The notes under the pieces were generated by a model. It was given only the letters and a program-made list of their open reading frames with translations, was not told the origin of the DNA and searched no databases. Position numbers and translations under genes: made by a program. Positions 21,674 through 33,331 of a stretch of DNA of 64,000 nucleotides are shown one piece after another (position 1 is the stretch's first letter; each line of letters starts with the position of its first letter). This stretch comes from Eledone cirrhosa (taxonomy: Eukaryota), in NCBI GenBank assembly GCA_964016885.1, contig OZ024751.1, forward strand, positions 16,058,001 through 16,122,000, in the 5' to 3' direction.

Positions 21674-22310
21674 GTCAGGTCACCAGTTGGTGCTACTGGT
21701 AACATGTATCCCAGTACAACCTGTCTCATGGTCGGGTCGTTGGCGACTAAACTGGCAACCCCACCAAGGTTTCTTGGTGAGGAGGGTGACTTTGGACATC
21801 CTGCAGGACTAAAAACAAAACCTGTCAAAGGGCAAAGGAGCTCTTAAGAGTCAATGGCCATCCAAAATCACCGGGAGAGATGACCCCTTTAGCCTTAGTC
21901 AAGGCAGAATTCTAGGAGAAGGAAAACTCTGATATAACACCTGCAACCCTGATGGTATCCAATGATGTTGACTTGTTCTTCTTTTTGGTAAATAGCATCT
22001 TGGTTAAGAGAGTGGGACTGGCTTTGTGCAGTGCCTTTGCTCACTATAAAAGCTTCACGGCACAGGCATTGCTTTATATCTGGAGATCTCTCTGCACTTG
22101 TCCTCACATGGGCCCAGCACTATGTGTCAATAATTGTCCTACCATGGGCCTAGCACTATGTGTCAATGATTGTCACAGGTGTAGTGTTTGTACCAGAGGT
22201 TTCAAGTCGCTGGCTGGACTAAAAAGTCACACTCGTTCAGCGCTTCGGTAGGGGTTATCCTACATGGATATAAAGTAGTGGCCGTACTCGAAAACGAGTT
22301 GGCAGCCACC
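21674..22310 (+). mobile_element. Bipartite non-autonomous RTE-derived element, apparently full length (~640 bp)
   Basis: Same 5' end as 30698; RTE 5'UTR motif; C2H2 remnant at 22180-22251; internal ~35-bp duplication; TATG tail. Confidence 0.78.
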
Positions 22311-22326
22311 ATGTATGTATGTATAA

Positions 22327-22463
22327 TAATTGTTTTTACTTTTGGCACAAAACCAGGAATTACCCAGTGTATTACTGGTACTTTATTTATCGACCCCGTA
22401 AGGATGAAAAGCAAAGTTAACCTCGGCGGGATTTGAACTCAGAATGGCAAGGGCCGTAACTCA
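22327..22463 (-). mobile_element. Partial tRNA-derived SINE
   Basis: B box, core and tail; head missing. Confidence 0.8.
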
Positions 22464-22674
22464 ATAATAGAATATAAAAGAAAAACGAACACAGATATAT
22501 ACATATATGTGTTCAAATCGTAAGGGACCAGATTCGCTAAGGTGAAAAGTATACTAACTATAGACAATTGGGTTTGCATGTCTCAATTTAAGAAAAAATC
22601 AAGAATCTGGTCCCTTACGATTTGAACACATATATCTATATATCTGTGTTCGATTTTCTTTTATATTCTATTAT
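22464..22674. repeat. Fold-back element, ~72-bp inverted arms
   Basis: 22464-22535 is the reverse complement of 22603-22674 with few mismatches. Confidence 0.88.
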
Positions 22675-22870
22675 AATATACGGCTCAGAAATATCTCTTT
22701 CTTAGAGCTATTTTGTTGTAAGAGACGATTTTGAGTTCCTAACTCAATATATACCTTTGATACATATATATATATATATATACATTTCATATCTATGATA
22801 GGTTTCGGCCATTGTTGGCCCAAGCCATGTCTAAAATAGCACCACACACATCTACATATATATACGTGCA

Positions 22871-22945
<75 letters not shown>

Positions 22946-23079
22946 TTGTGTGTGTGTATGTATGTGTGTATATACATGTGTGCGCGTTTGTGTGTTTGTG
23001 TGGCTGTGAGTTTCTTTATATTAAAATTTAATGCAATATTCGTGAACGGCAGTACGTTAATCCTTACCATTTCAGTGGT

Positions 23080-23116
<37 letters not shown>

Positions 23117-23290
23117 CGGCTGTGATCATACCATTAATGGAGATAAGAATAACTACAGTCAGCTTCAGCTACAACAAAAACATGGATGAAAATATATCCC
23201 TCATGAGTGAACCTGTTATTTTTTATCTAAAGACATTTTTTTCCAATTCCATCCCGCCCGTCCCCTCAATCTATTTTATTTCTCATTCTT

Positions 23291-23326
23291 TCTTCTGATA
23301 AAGGACTATCGTCCGAAACGTTAAGA
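23291..23326 (+). ncRNA. Minimal hammerhead motif with altered core (CUGAUAA)
   Basis: TCTT-CTGATAA-A-GGAC tatc GTCC-GAAA-CGTT-AAGA; palindrome AACGTT; G8 replaced by A. Confidence 0.65.
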
Positions 23327-23449
23327 CCCTCTTCCTGCTATATCAAGCGTTAACCTAATATATCCCTTCCATATACTGTACCGATTGTGTTGTCATTTCT
23401 GTTTACCTTTTACATACATATATATTTTTGTTCCCGTCCAAATTTTCAC

Positions 23450-23521
<72 letters not shown>

Positions 23522-23528
<7 letters not shown>

Positions 23529-24095
23529 ACTAGAAATTGATTGACATATAATTAAACATATGAAACAATCACAGGAGATAATTTGTAAAAGTGTGTAGGC
23601 ATACATAGCTAGGTAGGTAACTGGGACGAAGCTGGTACGATGTGTGTATTTTTAGTGGATACAGCACGTGTTACTGGCCAGTCGTTGATTTGAACTTGGT
23701 ACGTAAACACAGATGGCTGGACCTCTTCCTTGTTGAAAATCCAGGATCTGGCTACTGTCGTTTACCAATCGATTAATTGGTGAAATATATTTCTTTAATG
23801 GAATATATACGAGGAAGATTAATTAAATTATAAGGTATCTATTTTTGAAGTTCTAGTTAAACTTTATTTAGTTACCTACCTAGCTATGTGTGCTTACACA
23901 CTTTTACAAATTATCCCATGTGATTGTTTCATATGTTTAATTATATGTCAATCAATTTCTAGTAGATATAAAATGCTCGGATCGACTCATTAGAATCTTG
24001 GAGCATATTTTACGGGTGATATGGCGCATGTCTATCTGGCATGACACCCTTAATTTAATTTGATTTAATTTAATTTAATTCAATTTATCTTAATT
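23522..24095 (+). mobile_element. Fold-back element (inverted arms ~100 bp, decayed hammerhead, unpaired tail), same family as 47986-48550
   Basis: 23522-23622 inverted at 23870-23970; stem I TCTTCCTTG/CGAGGAAGA around degenerate TTGAAAA...GGAA; (TA)n both sides. Confidence 0.78.
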
Positions 24096-24096
24096 T

Positions 24097-24141
<45 letters not shown>

Positions 24142-24637
24142 GCACATGCACATACACACACTCACACACACGATCACACAGATACACACACACACATATA
24201 TATATGTAATATGTGTACATGCACACAGAAACACGCAAACAAATAAATGTACTTACACCGACGCCCACATATACCCCTACCCCCACAGATATATGTATAT
24301 ATAATCCTGTAGTAATTAATTAAAAAAGAACTTCGAATCTTCACTCTTATTAATCATTGATTTCTTAGTTTAAATCAAAATGTTTTACCGTTTCCTTCTA
24401 TATCTCTTCCCAACCATTCTCTCATATCATATACCCCTCTATACCATCACTATCCTTCAACCCACGTCTCCCTTCTGTTCACCCATAGACCATTCAGCTC
24501 ACCACTCTAGGAAAACTCCAGACTAAAATATATTTCGCTTGATTAGCTACAGTATAAACCAGCATAAACCATTGTTCTATGCCAAACAATGCATCTTTCA
24601 TAACATTTTTAATAACTTCCATTTTTATCTGAAATAC

Positions 24638-24756
<119 letters not shown>

Positions 24757-24770
24757 CATACATACACACA

Positions 24771-24847
<77 letters not shown>

Positions 24848-24851
<4 letters not shown>

Positions 24852-27562
24852 GTGTGCCATAAAAAGAAAGGTCACAATTCTAACGCTCCCTGTGTATTTT
24901 CCCATTATAAATGCCCCAATTGATAAAATAAAACATATTTTGTATAAAATAAATTATTTTGAACTTTGCCTATATCATGGGGATTATAGTGGAAAATCTG
25001 ATTATGTTACATGAAATCATGAAAATGTGAAACCAAATATGACCATACAATAATTGTTTATTTTATTAATCCATTATATTTAGTAAACCACCTTTGAATA
25101 TAAAGGCGTACAAGGAAGAAACAAGTTCAGTTAAGTTAACTCCAGTCATATTTTTTTCAGAGTTTCTTTTTTGAAATCCAGGACCTTGCGACGATGAGTT
25201 TCGACTACTTGAAGAACACACCGCTTCTCCTCCTCATTCTTGGTGATGGCAACAAAATCAGTTATCAACTTGACTGTTCTCTCCGCCAGATCGTTGACTA
25301 CCTTGACATTGTGAGCAATAGCACAAGCATTTGGATATAATGCTTGTGATGACCAAGTTGCTGGTGACAGCTCAAGCCAAGTATCGTCGAGACCAAGGAG
25401 ATCGAACAGAAGCCTTGATTTCTTCCTAGCTAGATGAGGCAGCTTCGTGGACGACTTCAACTCGGGAAATACTGGAGCACCACGGTCGAGAGGCCCAAAC
25501 GTTTTCATTTTGACAAGACGTTGGGCTATTTGTTTCTTCTCTGACTCTTGGACCCGACTTGAAAACAGCGCTAGCGAAATGGCTTCCTCCGTCAGGTACC
25601 AAAGATGCCTGCTCAGAGCAGTAGTGGCTGCATGCAAGAGATCTCTGTCAAGCTTACTGTACTGTGTCAACTCCACGTATAATTGAAGGTCATTGGATGG
25701 TGCAACAGCACACTTTACTGCAGTCAGCCAGTATCGCACGTAGAACAGAGCATTGAACATACAGATCCGGCGCAACTTTTCCATTTTATCTTGATCGTAA
25801 TTGAGTCTCTCACCAAATGCATACATAGATGATTGTGGACATCCACCGAGCGTTATGATGTGCATCAGGCAGCATCCAATGAATTCCATGAGGAGGGGTG
25901 ACACCAAGCAAGATCAACATCAACTCGGAACATTCTCGGTAGTCGTCCCGTGGAAGAGAACTCATTTTCCCCTCGTCGGATGTCAGCAAATCTTGGAGGA
26001 ACTTGATCTTCTCAGAACACAGGCGCTTGAGTCTCCGGTCGACAATGTTCAATGTTTTAAAGTTGGTCTTGTCCGCGAGTGAGACCCAATCTTTTTTGAA
26101 CTCCTTGAACTCTGGGGTGTCTGGACTGGACATTGCTCCGAATAGTTGTTGCCACACTGCACACATACGCTCCATGACATGGTGCCGACAAGCAAAATAA
26201 AATACCTTTTTGTTGAGCATCTCTTCTAGTTTCCCGCAGGCACCATTTCTCCATCCAAAATTCGAAGCAGTTGTTTCGAAGACCAAGCCCACCACAGACC
26301 CATCAACATTCCAATCTTTAACAAGATCAAATGATGCTTTGGCTTGGATGGTTCCAGTGCCATCAGGCATTATGGGAACACCGAGGAGTTTACCTTCTCT
26401 GAAGTCTGGAGTTCCAGCAACTAGCATACCTAGCCTCTCGTGGTCACCAGGAATTATTTTGCCATCCCAATGCAAGGTAACAAAGTCTGGTACAGCAAAT
26501 TGTTCCTTTATGTGTTCAGCCCCCACAGTTCTGATTTTCTTAGCTGTACGTCTGCTACTATTCTTGGAGAGAGTTGTGGCGTCTATGTTTGTCCCACCCT
26601 CAGAAATAATCGATGCCATAAATGCTGTTCTCTGGCCCAGTGTCAGGTTTAAGCGATCAGCCATTAGAGAAATTTTTGGACTTTGAAATGGATTCTTTGG
26701 GAGTTCCAGCTGGATTTTTCCTTTCTTGTCTGACTTTGAGCTGTCTCTGGGTGGGTATGAGGCCTGAAGTTCAGGATCCAGTTCATCTTCAGTTTCATCA
26801 TTGGTTGAACTTGAATCACTCAGTTCATTGTGCTGCTACAGATCCTGACAAACGCTTTCTATGGTTCTCTGACTCTCGACGAGCCACATAAACCTGATCA
26901 CGCTTAAACTTTGAAGATACCTTTTTCAGGTAACCCTTGTCTTCGGCACCCATCTTCCATTTTCTGTTCATTATTACGAAAACGGGCTTTCAAAATTTTT
27001 TTTTCAGTATCAGTGTGTGCAATGTAGAAATACGAATCGAATTCAGAAATAAATAGTGCTTCTTTTTCTTTGTTTGACTTAGAACCTTTGTTTTTTTGTA
27101 AATTTCTGTATTCACTGTACATGTTCATAATTTTCAGTTTCACTTTGTCTTTTCGTTGAGTCGCCATACCAGCTTTTTCCCACTAACTATTTCATCACAA
27201 GCCTATCCGCAATAGTACCATTGAAGCTCACATGCTTTTCGTGTTTCATAGGACCATCTTTCAGGTAGAAGAAATATCTTAGAACATCCCCCTTTGTTGG
27301 TATTTTGTTTGGTGAAAAGGATGTAACATATTGCCCTAGAAACCATATTTCTCGATCATTACAACGGAGCGAGTAGCTACAACTAGGCTCACTGGTTTAC
27401 GCCATTATTCTGCCAATTTGCAACTATAGGCAAGGCTTAAATTAGTCTGAAATAATCAAAATTACATTATGAATTGATAATATACAAAATGGCATGAGAA
27501 AATGCATAGAGAGCTAAGAAAAAAACACTTTTGTGTAAAATGTGGGATTCTGGAACACCCTA
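24848..27562 (-). mobile_element. hAT superfamily (hATm-type) DNA transposon, decayed
   Basis: Termini TAGAGTGTGCCA / TGGAACACCCTA (imperfect TIR); flanking 8-mers ATATATAT / ATTTTTAT; internal transposase. Confidence 0.82.
25146..27405 (-). pseudogene. hATm-type transposase pseudogene (several frameshifts)
   Basis: LHWDGK, KLLGVP, VFETTASN (usually DTT), ACRHH, PRDDYRE, HNARWM, APSNDL, HLWYL, VVNDLAER spread over ORFs 26904-27167, 25810-26664 and 25146-25907. Confidence 0.88.
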
Positions 27563-27626
27563 ATTTTTATATATATATATATTTAAAGTGTTAAAAGGAA
27601 CAAATTTTAGTTTCGAACATTTATTA

Positions 27627-27671
27627 GCTGACTATTGTTTCTTCCAGGGGGAAGTCTGGAGTCATCGGAGC
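27627..27671 (-). ncRNA. Minimal hammerhead motif (core CCGAUGA)
   Basis: Minus strand GCT-CCGATGA-C-TCCAG acttcccc CTGGA-A-GAAA-CAATA-GTC-AGC; GUC triplet; U4 replaced by C. Confidence 0.65.
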
Positions 27672-28929
27672 ATAAGGAATGTCGAAAACATTGTAACTAG
27701 AATCCTAGTCATTTAGAACATTTAGGGTACATAATTGTTATTAGTGTCAAAGGCATCATGTGGAGAGTCAGGAGTTAAAAAGATGTTCCGCTTGAAATAA
27801 CACAATTACAGGCAGCACTGGTTGGAAGTGTAAAAGTAAAAAGTAAAAAGTACAAGCAAAAAAATCACAAGCAAAAAAACACAGGCATAGAAGATATAAG
27901 CAAGCACAATTGGCATACAATGCAGAAGTCAATACAGTCAATAAGGCATGTATGAAGAAAGAGGTATAATGCAGTTAAAATAAACATATTTTGTGTGGGG
28001 TATTAAAGCATGTTATAATTGTTATAAATGTTTAAGATAGTGTGCAATATGTTAGAGAGGCATGTGGCGATAATGTAGGTATTTGTTATGTAAGGTGTAA
28101 TGTAAAGCACTAGATAGAGTTGGGTATGTGATTTTCATTGAAGTGTTTTTGTGTTGTAGTTCGTATTTATGTGCATGTGTTGTTTGTTACTCACAGCTAT
28201 TAACCATGGGATTATTTTAAGTCGTTTATAGTCAATAGGTGTTTGTATGTTAAATGTAAATTCCTCCGAATTACTGACCATGTTGTTATTGTAGGTATAT
28301 TATCTTATGCATTTTTTATCTGCAAATTATCTTTTCTATTAACCGTTATTAAGTTGTTGGTAAAACACGTAAGGATGAAACACATATTACATTACATAAA
28401 AACAAACTTAAACCCTAACTAATTCCTCTAAATTCATAACTCATTCATTCTTCTCCTTCTTTTCACATTATATCCTTAATATTATTAATATTTTTATTTT
28501 AATAATACATATTAATAAATTCTTTTCTTCGTACATATTATTAAACCCTTCAATATACAAACCTTAATTTAATACTATTCTTAATTCCTTTTTCTCCATG
28601 CATAAACCTCATTAACTTTTAATTTCAAAATCTTTAAAATTATCTATTATCTTCCAACGGCATTTTAATTTCTCTCTGTGAGACAATATTTTTTTCTCAG
28701 TTGTAAAGGCTATCTCTCTCTCTATATATCACCCATCTCTCCTCTCTCATCCTTCCTTCTTATACTCCTCCCCCCACCATCCTTTACTCTTATTTCTTCC
28801 TCTTCTTTACCTTTTCCAACCCCCCTCACTTTTTCCCAATCTCATACACCAATCTTAATTTATTTTTCATATGTTGATTTAAAACTTCACTATTCACAAG
28901 TGTTTTTTAAGTTTCATATCATGTCTCCC

Positions 28930-28999
28930 TATTTTATCTGACGAGCACGCAGATATCATCCCATGATGATATTTGCTTTTGAAATGGCATAATAAAATA
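28930..28999 (+). ncRNA. Minimal hammerhead motif, same family as 428-488
   Basis: TATTTTAT-CTGACGA-...GCAGATATCATC ccat GATGATATTTGC...-GAAA-TGGC-ATA-ATAAAATA; base of stem II poorly paired. Confidence 0.75.
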
Positions 29000-29034
29000 C
29001 TTGGAACTCTTTTAACCATCTTTTGATCTTATAT

Positions 29035-29092
<58 letters not shown>

Positions 29093-29141
29093 AAATAAAG
29101 TTAAATAAAAGTCAAATGATTAAAATTTAGCTTCGTTTATT

Positions 29142-29196
29142 ACTGCTATATATATTTCAGTGACAGCCATCTTTGGCTGTGACCTCTTCAGGCAGT
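29142..29196 (-). ncRNA. Minimal hammerhead motif (inverted copy)
   Basis: Reverse complement of 29382-29436. Confidence 0.82.
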
Positions 29197-29381
29197 TTGA
29201 ATTAGTATGGTATAGACAAGTACATATGTTGTTTAGGTGTATAGTATTGTTAATACTCTGATATGCCCAGTTCCTTGCTGGGTTGTTAATTCACTGGGGA
29301 ACTGGAGTCATATATGACAGAGTATTAACAATATCATACACCTAAACAACATATGTACTTGTCTATACCATACTAATTCAA

Positions 29382-29436
29382 ACTGCCTGAAGAGGTCACA
29401 GCCAAAGATGGCTGTCACTGAAATATATATAGCAGT
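29382..29436 (+). ncRNA. Minimal hammerhead motif
   Basis: ACTGC-CTGAAGA-GGTCACAGCC aaagat GGCTGTCACT-GAAA-TATAT-ATA-GCAGT. Confidence 0.85.
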
Positions 29437-29582
29437 AATAAACGAAGCTAAATTTTAATCATTTGACTTTTATTTAACTTTATTTTACACTACTCCGGAG
29501 TAACCAAACCAACCTGCGCACTTCGTCGAGTGCTCCAGACTGCATACTGAGGTGTTGGTATACAACCAACATAAACTCAAAA

Positions 29583-29614
<32 letters not shown>

Positions 29615-29707
29615 CGTAGGTCCCGGGTTGAGTCGGGGATAACCACAGTAAGTAAGTAAGGTACTCAATACATGGCAGAGTAAAACAATTTTTATTTTAT
29701 AGAAGTA

Positions 29708-29756
29708 GCTTCTACAGGACTAGTACTGTTTCATTCAGATGAAATCTTCAGGAAGC
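29708..29756 (-). ncRNA. Hammerhead motif, left arm of a 116-bp palindrome
   Basis: Minus strand GCTTC-CTGAAGA-T-TTCA tc TGAA-T-GAAA-CAG tactagtc CT-GTA-GAAGC. Confidence 0.8.
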
Positions 29757-29805
29757 GCTTCCTGAAGATTACATCTGAATGAAACAGTACTAGTCCTGTA
29801 GAAGC
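29757..29805 (+). ncRNA. Hammerhead motif, right arm of a 116-bp palindrome
   Basis: GCTTC-CTGAAGA-TTACATCTGAAT-GAAA-CAG tactagtc CT-GTA-GAAGC; 4-bp stem III; predicted cut after 29800. Confidence 0.78.
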
Positions 29806-29808
29806 TAC

Positions 29809-29860
<52 letters not shown>

Positions 29861-29974
29861 CCAAATGTTAATAAGGTTCATTGATTACTCAATGAATATA
29901 GTTTTGCAATAGATTAAAAGCACAGCCAAGACTGGAATTGAACCATCAAGACAGTTGATGTATGTCATACATTC

Positions 29975-30044
29975 ATGTATTTTCTCTGATGAGGACGTAC
30001 TGAAAAAGCAGCACAGTACCTCCGAAATATATATAATAAAACAT
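29975..30044 (+). ncRNA. Minimal hammerhead motif, same family as 428-488
   Basis: CTGATGA-GGACGTACTG...CAGTACCTCC-GAAA-TATAT-ATA-ATAAAACAT; stem I imperfect. Confidence 0.78.
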
Positions 30045-30136
30045 ATATTTTGATTATGTGAACGTTTTCACTTATTAATATTTTGAATAATATATATATA
30101 ACAAAAATAAAAATCCCGATGTTACGTAAATCGTTT

Positions 30137-30277
30137 AGAGCTACGGCCCTTGCCATTCTGAGTTCAAATCCCGCCCCGGTTAACTTTGCCTTTCATCCTT
30201 ACGGGGTCGATAAAACAAAGTAGCAATAATGCACTGGGGTAATTGCTGGCCTTGTGCCAAAAGTAGAAACAATTATA
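30137..30277 (+). mobile_element. Partial tRNA-derived SINE
   Basis: B box, core and tail. Confidence 0.8.
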
Positions 30278-30697
30278 ATTATTTCCACAATTCTCCATGT
30301 AATCAAGAAGTCTTTAATTCATTTGTTGTTGTCATGAGAACGGTATCCTCAGATGAAATCCGATTCAGTGATATGCTACCGGCAGGGAAAAACACACGTC
30401 CTGCTGCTCGTGTGTCCAGCAGACATTTATGTTCCTGAACAGGTCTCCCAGCCGTCGTGTTTGCTGGAGTAAGGTGTAATCAACGTGTCAATTAGTGAAA
30501 TCAGGATTCACGCATCCCCCACGGGATATATATATATGTAAACATGACCGTTATTGCTCCGATCAGCCCACAAATATTTAGCGAACACCCTAAACCGTAC
30601 GCCACCCTTTACTCATGACTCCTGCCTAACCAAACAGTACTCACCCTTCAAATGAATGAATGAATGAATGAATGAATGAATGTATGTATGTATGTAT

Positions 30698-31305
30698 GTC
30701 AGGTCACCAGTTGGTGCTACTGGTAAGATGTATCCCAGTACAACATGTCTCATGGTCGGGTCGTTGGCGACTAAACTGGCAAGTCCACCAAGGTTTCTTG
30801 GTGAGGAGGGTGACTTTGGACATCCTGCAGGACTAAAAACAAAACCTGTCAAAGGGGAAAGGAGCTCTTAAGAGTCAATGGCCATCCAAAATCACCGGGA
30901 GAGATGACCCCTTAGCCTTTGTCAAGGCAGAATTCTAGGAGAAGGAAAACTCTGATATAACACCTGCAATCCTGATGGTATCCAATGATGTGGACTTGTT
31001 CTTCTTTTTGGTAAATATCATCTTGGTTAAGAGAGTGGGACTGGCTTTGTGCAATGCCTTTGCTAACTATAAAAGCTTAACGGCACAGGCATTGCTTTAT
31101 ATCTGGAGATCTCTCTGCATTTGTCGTCACATGGTACCATGGGCCCAGCACTATGTGTCAATAATTGTCACAAGTGTAGTGTTTGTACCAGAGTTTTCAA
31201 GTCGCTGGCTGGACTAAAAAGTCGCACTCGTTCAGCGCATCGGTAGGGGTTCTCCTATATGGATATAAAGTAGTGGCCGTACTCGAAAACGAGTTGGCAG
31301 CCACC
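30698..31305 (+). mobile_element. Bipartite non-autonomous RTE-derived element, full-length copy
   Basis: Colinear with 21674-22310; flanked by (GAAT)n/(TATG)n; a 3'-end fragment of the diverged subfamily follows at ~31353-31425. Confidence 0.78.
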
Positions 31306-32169
31306 ATGTATGTATGTATGTATGTACGTACAAACGCACAGTCATTGCACGATAGCATTAATTGATAATTATTAATAATGTTATATCGTGCAATGCTCAA
31401 ACTCGATAACGAAGGGGCAGCCATCATGTACATACTAGGGATCTCCTGATGGAGTGGTGGTGGAGGTGGGTACCGTCGTGGTATACGGCGTGTTTTGGGC
31501 ATTTTAAACCTCACGAAGCCCATCACTCCCCATTTTATGAATACATCGGATTTCTTCCCGAGAAGGAAAGAGAGAGAGTGAGCGAGCAAGAGGTAGATAG
31601 ATTGACAGATAGAGTGGGTGTGTGATGTGTGAGAGAGATAGTCATAGATAGAGAGAGATAGAGGTTTAGTGATATAAAGAAATACCAGATTTGTACATTT
31701 TCTATCACCACCAAAATGATCAAAGACTAAGTTGACCTCGGTGGGATTTGAACTCGGAGAGCAAAGAGCTGGAACGAATACCGCAAAACTTTCGATCCCA
31801 CGTTGTAAAGGTCTCTACCAATTCGCTGCTTTCCCACAATATGATACTTGATGTAAATAGATATAAAATAGTAGTCTATACTGTTTTGTGGCTCTGGTTA
31901 ATACACAGACTACATACTTGCTGATCTATTAATATTCCGGTTTGAAATCAATACCTCGCTTTGAAATTATATAATTATAATCAATCTAAGTAGCACTGCT
32001 TTGATTCTTCTTTCATATATCTTCCATTGTTCCATTATGACAATATGAACAGCAGGAAACCTTGTCGTATGGTGTGTATCTATATCTTATCAATTGACAT
32101 AGAATTATTTCTATCATTATTGTGGTTATAATCAATTATTATATATTTATGATTAATATCCGTAATTTA

Positions 32170-33247
32170 GGCGGTGAATTGGCAGTGTCGATAGAAGGTC
32201 GGATAGATTGATTTGTAGTATTTGTTTCGGCTCTCTGAGTTCAAACCCCGCCGATTATCTTTGCCTTTCATTCTTGCGGGGGTGATAAAGAAAACATACT
32301 TTTTTCTCTCCCAAACAAAATTGCAGGTTTGTAGCTAAATCGGAAGCCATTAGTATGGGTTAACCTTAGGGCGGTGGATTGGCAGTATCGGTAAAGGGTC
32401 GGACGCCATGCTTTGATGCATAGAGTTACGGCTCTTGCCATTCAGAGTTCAAATCCCGCCGAGGTTAACTTTGCCTTTCATCCTTACGGGGTAGATGAAA
32501 TAAAGGTACCAGTAATGCACTGGGGTATTTGCTGGCCTTGTGCCTAACGTAGAAACAATTATTATGGGTTAACCAAGGGCGATGGATTGGCAGTATCCAC
32601 CTTTACAGCATAGAGTTACGCCCCTTTATGATCTGAGTTTAAATCCCGCCGAAGTTAACTTTGCCTTTCATCCTTAAGAGTCGATAAAATAAAGTACCAG
32701 TCACTCACTGGGGTCGATTTAATCGATTTTCCCTTCCCCATCAAAATTACTGGCCTTGTGCCTAAAGTAGAAACAATGATTATGGGTTAATCTAGGGCGA
32801 TGGATTGGCAGTATCGGTAGAGGGTCGGACGCCATGCTGTGAAGCATAGAGTTAAGGCCCTTTATGATCTGAGTTCAAATCCCTCTCAGGTTAACTTTGC
32901 CTTTCATCCTTAAGGGGTCAATAAAATAAAGTACCAGTAACGTACTGGGTTGATTTAATCTACCTCACCAAAAAAACAATTGCTGGCCTTGTGCCTATAT
33001 AAGACACCATTATTACGATTATAAGTAAGGGCAGTGGATTGACAGTATTGGTAGGGGGTCGACGCCACGCTTTGCAGCATAGAGTTACGGCCCTTTATGA
33101 TCTGAGTTCAAATCCCGCCGAGGTTAACTTTGCCTTTCATCCTTAAGGGGTCGATAAAATAAAGCACCAGAAACGTACTGGGGTCAATTTAATCTTCCCC
33201 CCCCCTTCCAATTGCTGGGGTTGTGCCTATATAAGAAACCATTATTA
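32170..33247 (+). mobile_element. Tandem array of five tRNA-derived SINE copies
   Basis: Heads at ~32170, 32369, 32577, 32794 and 33029; three junctions share TATGGGTTAA(C/T)C. Confidence 0.85.
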
Positions 33248-33331
33248 AATATCAATACGGTGGACTGGCAGAGTCTCTCTAAATGCAACACGGACTGAAA
33301 TATATGTAAATGATAAAAAAATCATATATAT

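Larger units (their letters stand above)
29091..29582. mobile_element. Fold-back element (~170-bp arms, 29091-29487) with a hammerhead in each arm and an unpaired tail
   Basis: Near-perfect inverted repeat between TA/CT microsatellites. Confidence 0.88.
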
